This document shows, in pieces, positions 18,058-26,500 of a stretch of DNA of 64,000 nucleotides. The notes under the pieces were generated by a model. It saw nothing but the letters and a program-made list of their open reading frames with translations, was not told where the DNA came from and searched no databases. Position 1 is the stretch's first letter. Each line of letters starts with the position of its first letter. The DNA lies in IMG/VR virus record IMGVR_UViG_3300017963_000192, positions 153,704 through 217,703 of that record; one strand, written 5' to 3'. Both the position numbers and the translations under genes were made by a program.

Positions 18058-18756
18058 TTGAGTTTTATTATGAACGCAGTAAAATTAAACACTACAGCAG
18101 TTAATAATTATTCTAAAAGACCTTTTAGAATAATTTTATTTTTAAGAAGTTTTTTTTGTGTTTTTAATTTTCTTTTTATCAAATTACGGAATAATTTATT
18201 TGGATATTCTAGTAATTGTAAACATATTAATAAAACTTCTTTTAGACCAGTTGCTGACATAGAAGAAAGAAAAACAAATATTTATGATTTTAATAAGATT
18301 AAAAAAAATAGAAAGAAACATAAAAGAATAAAAACATCTAAACGATATAAAAAGTCCCACCTAAAATTTAAATTACCGTCCATAGGATTACCTTCTATTA
18401 ACTTCCCTAAAATAAATTGGGACGTATTTATTCCATTTTTGAAAATTGTTTTTAAATATCTTTTTATATTATCGTTGTGCTTTTCTATAGTATTTGGATT
18501 TTTATGGTTATTTACATCAGAGATACTAGATATACTTAAAACAGAACAAGATTTGACTAGAAAAAAAGTAATTAGGTCAATAGTACTTGAAGAAGTTACT
18601 CCAGAGAGAGCAAGAGTTGAAAGTTTTTCAAACAGATTAATAGAAGTAGAAGAGGCTTTGAATTTAAAAAAGAATCCACAACTTAAACCGAAAAAGAAGA
18701 AAAAGAGAAAATATCGAGTTATGAACAGTAAAAAAGTAAAATACATTATAAGGTAA
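18058..18756 (+). CDS. Basic membrane-anchored hypothetical protein
   Basis: One TM segment, K-rich. Confidence 0.5.
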   Translation: MSFIMNAVKLNTTAVNNYSKRPFRIILFLRSFFCVFNFLFIKLRNNLFGYSSNCKHINKTSFRPVADIEERKTNIYDFNKIKKNRKKHKRIKTSKRYKKSHLKFKLPSIGLPSINFPKINWDVFIPFLKIVFKYLFILSLCFSIVFGFLWLFTSEILDILKTEQDLTRKKVIRSIVLEEVTPERARVESFSNRLIEVEEALNLKKNPQLKPKKKKKRKYRVMNSKKVKYIIR

Positions 18757-18762
18757 TTTATT

Positions 18763-19413
18763 ATGATTAAGAAAAAGGATGTATCAAAAGTTGTTAAAGA
18801 TAGGAGAACCCATTATCATTTACCAAAAGCTCATTTTAGAGTTTTATTAGGAATTGTTATAGCCTTGTTTGTAACATCTTTTGTATCTACCACTATAATA
18901 GTTGTGTCGAGAAATGAATCTATTGATTCAAATTCTTATTTAGGCAGATTGAAAAAAGCAAAAGAAAAATATGAATATTTTACTGAGAAATTAACAACTC
19001 TTGAATTGCTTAATTATTGGACAAATAATTATGTAGATGTCGAATATAAAAAAAATGGAAACATTAAATTTAAGGAAGCTGATTGTGTATCAGCAGTATA
19101 CCATTGTTTGGAACATTATGGATATTTAAGAAGCATTCTTAATGTTAATAGTATGGTAAGAGAACTGAAAAGGACAAAATCGAAAAGAATCTCAAACAAA
19201 AAAGAATTACGACCTGGAAATCTTTTGTTTCTTAATGAACATGTTGCCCTTGTAGCTGGACTAACTCCTTCAGGATTAATTATTTACATTGATGTTAATG
19301 GTAAGAATATGGGGTTTGGGATTAACACTATAAAGTTTGATTCTAAAAGAATCGAAGGAATTTATAAAATGTCATTCGAGATGTGGGCTGGAGATTTAAT
19401 AAATCAAGTGTAG
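18763..19413 (+). CDS. NlpC/P60-family cysteine peptidase with N-terminal TM
   Basis: ADCVSAV catalytic Cys motif; LRPGNLLF..HVAL His motif. Confidence 0.7.
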   Translation: MIKKKDVSKVVKDRRTHYHLPKAHFRVLLGIVIALFVTSFVSTTIIVVSRNESIDSNSYLGRLKKAKEKYEYFTEKLTTLELLNYWTNNYVDVEYKKNGNIKFKEADCVSAVYHCLEHYGYLRSILNVNSMVRELKRTKSKRISNKKELRPGNLLFLNEHVALVAGLTPSGLIIYIDVNGKNMGFGINTIKFDSKRIEGIYKMSFEMWAGDLINQV

Positions 19414-19801
19414 GCACATATATGGTATTTCCTAAATTAGATGAATTTTATATTAATCTTTCCTACATTATTCAGTACATTGTGTATTATGGATATACTA
19501 TCAATGAAAGAGGATACAAGAAAAAATTCGGTAAAGAATTGGATTACCTTGTAAACCTAGAAATTATAGAAAAATATGAATTAGTATTATATAAAACCCC
19601 CAAGTTGATAATGTGTGATGTATCTTTTACGGTTAAATCTAATAAAAAATATAAAACTTACGAGGTCAGATTAGACTTAACTAAAAATATGCATAATGGT
19701 GTCTCGCTTTTACATAATAATAATGTATATTTTTTTGATGTATTTTGTATAAGCTATGGAAAAGATAGCGGATTATTGTAAAGGAAGACGTATATTAAAA
19801 T

Positions 19802-19984
19802 ATGGGAAATCTCATAAAATTTTGTATTGAATGTGGTACTTGGACAAATCAGATTGAAGTTAAGCCTAATAAATTCAAATGTTTGGGATGTAAGAAAACA
19901 AGCCACATTTTCAATCCCATCTTCAATTCAGAAGAACTGCAAAAAATAAAAAATAGATTGACAAAAAAATTAGTTGAAGAATAA
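19802..19984 (+). CDS. Small zinc-ribbon protein
   Basis: CIEC...CLGC. Confidence 0.5.
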   Translation: MGNLIKFCIECGTWTNQIEVKPNKFKCLGCKKTSHIFNPIFNSEELQKIKNRLTKKLVEE

Positions 19985-20282
19985 AAAAGTTGTTGAAAAG
20001 TTAAGGGCGATATTAAGAATGATTAATCAAGAAAATCGTAAAGATGAAATTGAGAAAACTTTAATTGGCATAATTTCAAAATGTTTGTGTATAGATGGGT
20101 CGGAGATAGCACCAGAATCAAACCTCTTTAACGATTTAAGTATTGACGATTTAGATTTTATAGAAATTTTAACAACAATTGAAGGGCTTCTGAACATAGA
20201 GATATCAGAATCGGAATCTGATGTCTTTTCAAGTGTTCAGAGCTTATTAGATTGTGTTGAAAATAAATTACAAGAAAATTAA
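19974..20282 (+). CDS. Acyl-carrier-protein-like protein lacking the phosphopantetheine Ser
   Basis: EIAPESNLFNDLSIDDLDFIEILTTIE..LNIEISE...SVQSLLDCV follows the ACP pattern, with DDL in place of DSL. Confidence 0.8.
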   Translation: MKNKKVVEKLRAILRMINQENRKDEIEKTLIGIISKCLCIDGSEIAPESNLFNDLSIDDLDFIEILTTIEGLLNIEISESESDVFSSVQSLLDCVENKLQEN

Positions 20283-20487
20283 CGTGTGTGTTAAAGTAGG
20301 AGTATAAGAAGACAAAGGTGGGGAATTCGTTTGTAAGAATAGGAGAAACTTTGGACTGATTTTTTGACATAGTACTACAATAACATTATTGCACGTAATT
20401 TTAAATGCCTTTTTAGTTCAATAAAAATCAATAAAATCTAAAAAGCTCATTTAATAATCAATAAAAAACCAATGGAGGTATTTTAAA

Positions 20488-21729
20488 ATGATTTATGCAT
20501 TAGAAACTTATTTTGGTGAACTGGATGAATCTGGTTCGTCAGGAGACTACGCAGTAGAAAAAACTATTACTTCGGACTCTAACGGAAACCCGATTAACAA
20601 CGTTTTAAGGATTGTAAATCCCGATTCAGTATTCAAGTATTGGAGATCTTGGCCAGCTTGTGATGATGGAGAAGTTCGTCCTTTTATAATTGCGAATGAT
20701 TATGAGGGTGACGGAATTCTTGCCAAGCTTTTAGGGGATTATCATCCTTTTAAATGGTTTGTTGGGGGTATTCTAGAATCAACGAAAGATGAGAATAATC
20801 AGAAAAAGTATATTTATGAAGAGACTGACCCTGAACTTATACTTCAAATAGCTTACAACAATGATAGATCTGGTGGTTCTGGGCATTGGAGACCTCGAAA
20901 AGAGTACGCTTTTAATATTATTGACAGACAGCCTGAATCAAAAGGAGAGCATGTAGGTCAAAACTGGTGTGCTGTTAACTCTCATACTAAATTATTAAGA
21001 ATGCCATCAACCGCTTTGGAACAGTTAAAAGCTGTTTATGAAGCTAATGGTAAAGTTGATGAATATGATATTAATTATACAAAGCAAGGCAAAGGCAGAA
21101 ACACAAAACACTACATTCAAAGAGCTGGAGAAAAATTACCTAATATCGTAATAGGGTATCTCACACAAGAAGAAAAAACATATCAAACCTATGATTTAAA
21201 AGAAGAGTGTAAACTCTCATCTGCACAATACATATTAAAGTATCTAGCAAATACCATACAAAGAGTAGACGGTGTTTTGGGTACAAGTTATTATCAAGAA
21301 CTACAAAAACAGGCTGAAATTGAAAAAGCCGAATGGAACGCCCAAAAACAGGATGCTGCTCCAGTTAATGTTGCGACAACATCTCCTCCGCCTACAACAA
21401 CGCCTTCCCCTACTGTGGTTCAACATACTCCACCACAGCAACAAACTCAACCACCAAGTACGGAGCAGGTTCAACAACCTCAAGCGATTCCAACACCGCA
21501 AGAACAGACTCCTCCAGCAGCACCTGTGAGGAGTAGGGTTCCAATTGCTTCTGACGAGAAAACGATAGATTGTCCGTTCTGTAAAAAGAGCATACCAGAG
21601 TCTTCAGAAACTTGTCCTGAATGCAATAACAAGTTAATGGAACCCTGTGATAAATGTAAGACTCCTTTTAGTATTCTCGAAACAACGTGTCCTAATCCAG
21701 ACTGTAAAGCACAGTATAAGGTTGGTTAA
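20488..21729 (+). CDS. ssb: Single-stranded DNA-binding protein (large-phage type) with P/Q/T linker and double zinc ribbon
   Basis: WRPRKEYAFNIIDR and YDINYTKQGKGRNTKHY resemble large-phage SSB motifs; C-terminal CPFC/CPEC/CDKC/CPNPDC; replication context. Confidence 0.6.
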   Translation: MIYALETYFGELDESGSSGDYAVEKTITSDSNGNPINNVLRIVNPDSVFKYWRSWPACDDGEVRPFIIANDYEGDGILAKLLGDYHPFKWFVGGILESTKDENNQKKYIYEETDPELILQIAYNNDRSGGSGHWRPRKEYAFNIIDRQPESKGEHVGQNWCAVNSHTKLLRMPSTALEQLKAVYEANGKVDEYDINYTKQGKGRNTKHYIQRAGEKLPNIVIGYLTQEEKTYQTYDLKEECKLSSAQYILKYLANTIQRVDGVLGTSYYQELQKQAEIEKAEWNAQKQDAAPVNVATTSPPPTTTPSPTVVQHTPPQQQTQPPSTEQVQQPQAIPTPQEQTPPAAPVRSRVPIASDEKTIDCPFCKKSIPESSETCPECNNKLMEPCDKCKTPFSILETTCPNPDCKAQYKVG

Positions 21730-22284
21730 ATGTATTTGGGATTGGATTTGTCATTATCGGGTAGTGGTGTTGTTGTAATTGATTCCAGTTACAGCATTAT
21801 TCACAAAGAACTTCTCTCTACACCAATGAAGGGTGTAGAGAGATTGTTCTTTCTCGAAGAGAAATTTGTGAATTCGATTTCTAAATATATTAGAGATTTA
21901 AAATTAGTGTGTATAGAATCTCCAGCCTATGGGGTTTCAGAAGGAAATCTTTTTAGTTTAGGTCAATGGGGCGGAATAGTAGAATTAAATCTTTTTAAGT
22001 TAGGATTGAAATTTATTTATGCAAGTCCAACACAATTAAAGAAATATGTACTAGGTTCTGGAAAAGGACAAAAAACATTAATGCTATTAAAAACTTTTCA
22101 ACAATTTAATGAAGAATTTGATGATGATAATATTTGTGATGCTTATTCCTTATCAAGGATTGCCCATGATTATCATTTTAAATATGAATTGAATAAAGAT
22201 ATTAAAACTAAAAAATATCAATTGGAAGTATTAAAAAGTATACACAAGAGTTTGACAGAGAAAGATGATGGAACTGTTATATGA
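21730..22284 (+). CDS. ruvC: RuvC-like Holliday junction resolvase
   Basis: YLGLDLSLSGSG, CIESPAY, PTQLKKY, DDNICDA. Confidence 0.85.
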   Translation: MYLGLDLSLSGSGVVVIDSSYSIIHKELLSTPMKGVERLFFLEEKFVNSISKYIRDLKLVCIESPAYGVSEGNLFSLGQWGGIVELNLFKLGLKFIYASPTQLKKYVLGSGKGQKTLMLLKTFQQFNEEFDDDNICDAYSLSRIAHDYHFKYELNKDIKTKKYQLEVLKSIHKSLTEKDDGTVI

Positions 22285-22838
22285 GTAAAGCATTTTCTCA
22301 TGATAGGGTGAACACGGGAAAAGAGGAATGGTTAACTCCTCCAGAAATAATAAAAGTACTGGGGGAGTTTGATTTGGATCCTTGTGCTCCTATAACCCGT
22401 CCTTGGGATATGGCAAAGAATCATTATACTATTAATGATCATGGATTGTTACAGAAATGGGAGGGGAGAATTTGGCTTAATCCTCCCTATGGTAACAAAA
22501 CACATGATTGGTTGTTAAAATTAGCAAATCATGGCAATGGTATTGCTTTGACATTTGCTAGAACAGAAACGCTTATGTTTTTTGATTGTGTTTGGGATAA
22601 AGCAGACGCTGTTTTCTTTTTTAAGGGAAGATTAAAGTTTTATCATAGAGATGGAAGTGAGGGAGATACTGCCGGAGCACCGAGCATTTTAATAGCATAT
22701 GGTTTTGATAATGTAGTATCTCTTAAAAATAGTGGGTTAAATGGTAAGTTCATTTTATTAAATGAAGAATATAAAGTTAAATTAAAAGAAAATGAAATTA
22801 AAGACAATATAGTTGAAGAAGTTTCATTATTTAATTAA
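22281..22838 (+). CDS. Phage DNA N6-adenine methyltransferase
   Basis: EWLTPP, FDLDPC, WLNPPYG, FARTET, GRLKF. Confidence 0.85.
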   Translation: MSKAFSHDRVNTGKEEWLTPPEIIKVLGEFDLDPCAPITRPWDMAKNHYTINDHGLLQKWEGRIWLNPPYGNKTHDWLLKLANHGNGIALTFARTETLMFFDCVWDKADAVFFFKGRLKFYHRDGSEGDTAGAPSILIAYGFDNVVSLKNSGLNGKFILLNEEYKVKLKENEIKDNIVEEVSLFN

Positions 22839-22850
22839 GGAGGGAGTCAG

Positions 22851-23072
22851 ATGTTAGATAAGCTTAAAGAAATTTTTGGAGATATGTCTAAGTGGATTCT
22901 TTTAGGCATAGTAGGAATTGCTGTAATACTAGGTATAGTTCTTTTTGTTTTTATAATTAAAAACATTAAGATTGTTATCATATGTGGTGTTATAGCATTG
23001 GTAGTTGGAGTTGTTGGTTATATTCTCTATATGAAATTTAAACCTAAAGCTTCAGAATTATTAATATTTTAA
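22851..23072 (+). CDS. Small two-TM membrane protein
   Basis: Two hydrophobic helices; AAGGAGG RBS. Confidence 0.55.
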   Translation: MLDKLKEIFGDMSKWILLGIVGIAVILGIVLFVFIIKNIKIVIICGVIALVVGVVGYILYMKFKPKASELLIF

Positions 23073-23103
23073 ATATGGGAGAGGTTAAATCTCTCCCATA
23101 TAT
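23072..23103 (+). terminator. Stem-loop (terminator-like)
   Basis: AATATGGGAGAG-gttaaat-CTCTCCCATATT perfect inverted repeat. Confidence 0.65.
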
Positions 23104-23112
23104 TAATTTGAA

Positions 23113-23574
23113 ATGAATTTTGAACCGCCTGTTGGATATAGGGTGTTAATTATAAGGACTTTAGAAAGAGGTCACGAAATTAAGTATTATCAAGATGGGA
23201 AAGTATTTACATTAGAAAAAGCATTAGAAATAGTTAAGGTAGCAATCCCTATGTTAACTCCAAACAGAGAAGAGAAAAGACAAAACGGTAGACGTTTCAA
23301 AGAAGACGGTGAAGAAATGTTTACTTTAACTGCTCAAGATCAGCATGGAGTGATGGTTAAGGATGAAGCTATTCCTAAAAGAAGAATAAGAAGACTTACC
23401 CCTAAAGAATGTGAACGTTTGATGGGATTGGAAGATGATTGGACGAGATGGGGTATTGATGAAGATGGTAATGAATATGAAGTCTCGGATACACAACGCT
23501 ATCGGATGGCTGGAAATGGTGTTGTAGTAGACGTTGTAAGAGAGATTATAAGGAGATTGGTTAATGCAAGTTGA
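23113..23574 (+). CDS. C-terminal half of a C5-cytosine DNA methyltransferase (TRD plus motifs IX/X only)
   Basis: MFTLTAQDQHG, IRRLTPKECERLMG, QRYRMAGNGVVV; no FxGxG or PC motif. Confidence 0.75.
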   Translation: MNFEPPVGYRVLIIRTLERGHEIKYYQDGKVFTLEKALEIVKVAIPMLTPNREEKRQNGRRFKEDGEEMFTLTAQDQHGVMVKDEAIPKRRIRRLTPKECERLMGLEDDWTRWGIDEDGNEYEVSDTQRYRMAGNGVVVDVVREIIRRLVNAS

Positions 23575-26500
23575 AGAAATAAGAGCCATACCTCAAGGAA
23601 TCAGAACTCGACCTCAGATGTTGGACAAGGTTTTTGATAACAAGTTCTGTAAAAAATGTAAGCTCTATCAATGTGCAAAGAATCCTTATATAGAAGGAAG
23701 GGGCAATAAGAATGCTAAATTATTAATTATAGGTGAAGCTCCTGGAAAAAATGAAGATGAGATGGGACAAGTTTTTGTAGGAAGTTCTGGAAAGACTTTG
23801 CAGGAAAGGCTTAATAGATATGATATTGATTATTATATAACCAACGCTGTAAAATGTTTAGACGGTAAATCCTTAGTAAAAACAAAAGAAGGTAATAAGC
23901 GGATTAATTGGATAGTAAAAAACAAATGGGATGGTGAAGTTCTTTCTATTAATAAAGATGGTGAGTTTGTCTGGAAAAATATTTATGGTTGGCACAGAAG
24001 TCTCATTAATAATAGAGACATATATAAAATATCAATAATAGATGGTAAAAACAATCCAAATGGAAAACCTAACATTTTAGTAACAGAAGATCATATTATT
24101 ATTACTGAAAGAGGTGAGGTTTTAGCAAAAGATCTTGTTTCTGGAAAGGATAAAATTGCTACTGGAACTCCTTATTTTGGAGGACATAGATCAGAACAAT
24201 TAATTATTGGATCATTGATGGGGGATGCGTTTGTTTCAAATAGAAATTATTTAGAAGAAAGACATTCTCTGAAACAAAGAGAATACCTACTTTTAAAAAC
24301 CAAATTGTTGGAATATTGGAAACCCTCTATAAGTAAAGGAACTATTAGAAACAACAAAAAATCTTATTCTTATATTGGGTATAGGATTTCAAGTACATTA
24401 TTTTTTAAACAATTAAGGAAACAGTTTTATAAAAACGGGAAAAAAATTTTTCCCGAACATTATGTAAATAGATTAAATATTTTTGGACTAGCTATAATTT
24501 TTATGGATGATGGCTACGGTAGATATTATGATAATAATAAGCATTCGAGAAGTGAGGACACGTTTCAAGTTGAAATTGCATTAGGAAAGATTGATGAAAA
24601 ATCAGCCAAAAACATTGTGAACAGGTTTAAAGAATTAGGGTATGATGTATATGTTACAAATAAAGATATTTATAGATTAAGATTTAAATATAAAAAGGCT
24701 TATAAATTCTTAAAGGATATTGCAAAATATGTTCCCCATAGTATGAGGTATAAGTTGCCCGAATCTTTGAGAGATTATCCTTTTATGGAAAGTGCTTACA
24801 AACCAGAAAAAACAAAGACATACTATTCTGAAATAAATGTTTCAAAAGTGGATTATTCAAAATTATCTAATTCAAAATCGGTTTATTGTATTGATGTAAA
24901 AGATACTCATAACTTTGTAACACCTTCTGGAGTTGTTCATAATTGTAGACCTACAGATGCTCAATCTAAAAATAGAACTCCTAGACCTGTTGAGATTAAA
25001 TGTTGTCTTCCTTTTACAATGAAAATAATAGAAGAAATAAAGCCTAAAGTTATATTAACATTAGGAAGAATACCGATGTCTCAAATACTTGGATTGAATT
25101 TAAGTATGAAGATTATGAGAGGGCATACCTATTACCATCCAGAATTAAATGTTACAATAATTCCCACATACCACCCTGCATATTTAGGGAGAGTTAACGA
25201 TGCTTTATATTACAAACAATTCGAAAATGATTTATTAATTGCTAATAATTTAGCGTATGCTCCGGCAAAAAGAATATTACCACCGTCACCAATTTCTATG
25301 AAAGATCCAATAGAAATAAAGGAGTATTTAGAATCATTATTAAACGTTGATGCTATTGCAATAGACTTAGAAACAAGTGGGACTGATCATATTAATGATA
25401 AAATAACTGATATATCTTTTTGTGCTAAAGCTGGTGAGGGTGTTCACATATCTTGGGATGATATAATACCTCATTTTGAATTATTGAGTGAGGTAATGAT
25501 GTCAGATGCTGTTAAGGTTGGTCAGAACTTTACTTTTGATATAAAGTTTTTAAGAATGGCTGGAGTAGATGTTAACAATTATTCTTTTGATACCTTACTA
25601 GCAGAACATATGTTAACAATGAGTTATGAAAAGAAAGAAGTGAGTGGTTTGTATAAATTGAAGAACATGGCATGGAAAGGAACTCCTATGGGAGGTTACG
25701 AAGAAGTTCTTGGCTCTGGAGGAATCAAAAAAGCGGTTAAAAAGAAAGAGAAAAAGAAAGATGAAGATGTTTTTCAAGGAAATTTATTTGAAAATCCTAA
25801 TGAAAAAAAGAATGAAGAGCTAGAAAAATTTGCAAACGTTATAGATGTTATTAGAAAGAAAAAGTTAGAGGATTCTGGATTAGAACCTTTAGAATATTAT
25901 TCAGCAATGGATGCGGACGTTACATTTAGACTTTTTCAAAGACAGAAACCTTTGATTGATAAAGATTTCTCTTTTCCTTTTTATGAAATAGTAATGCCGT
26001 TATCATGGACATTAATGAGAGTAGAGGAAAATGGTATTAGGTTAAATTCGGATTATATGAATTCTATTAAGATTGATAATCTAGAAAATATGGAAAGATG
26101 TAAACAAGAATTATTTAATCTGGCAGGGAAAGAATTTAATTTAAACTCTACTGATGATTTAAAAGATTTAATATTTAATAAGTTAAAGATAACACCTAGT
26201 GATGAATTTAAAACCAAACCAAGCAAAACCTATCCTGATGGGCAGTACTCAACCGATGAAAAAGCAATAGCGTATTATAGCTCGAAAAATCCAGCATTGA
26301 ATTTTTTGATTGAATACAGAAAACTTTACAAAGAGAACTCTACTTATATAGACGGCTTTAAAAAATTTATGCAAGAAGATACTTGGAGAGTCCATCCTAA
26401 TTATTTACAACACTCAACTGCTACTGGAAGATTGAGTTGTATTTCGGAAGGGACGAAAATAACGATGGTTGGAGAAGAAAGAAATATAGAAAATGTTAAA

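Noticed and set aside
20364-20392. TTGACA promoter upstream of ssb
   Set aside because: No convincing -10 hexamer at 16-18 bp spacing
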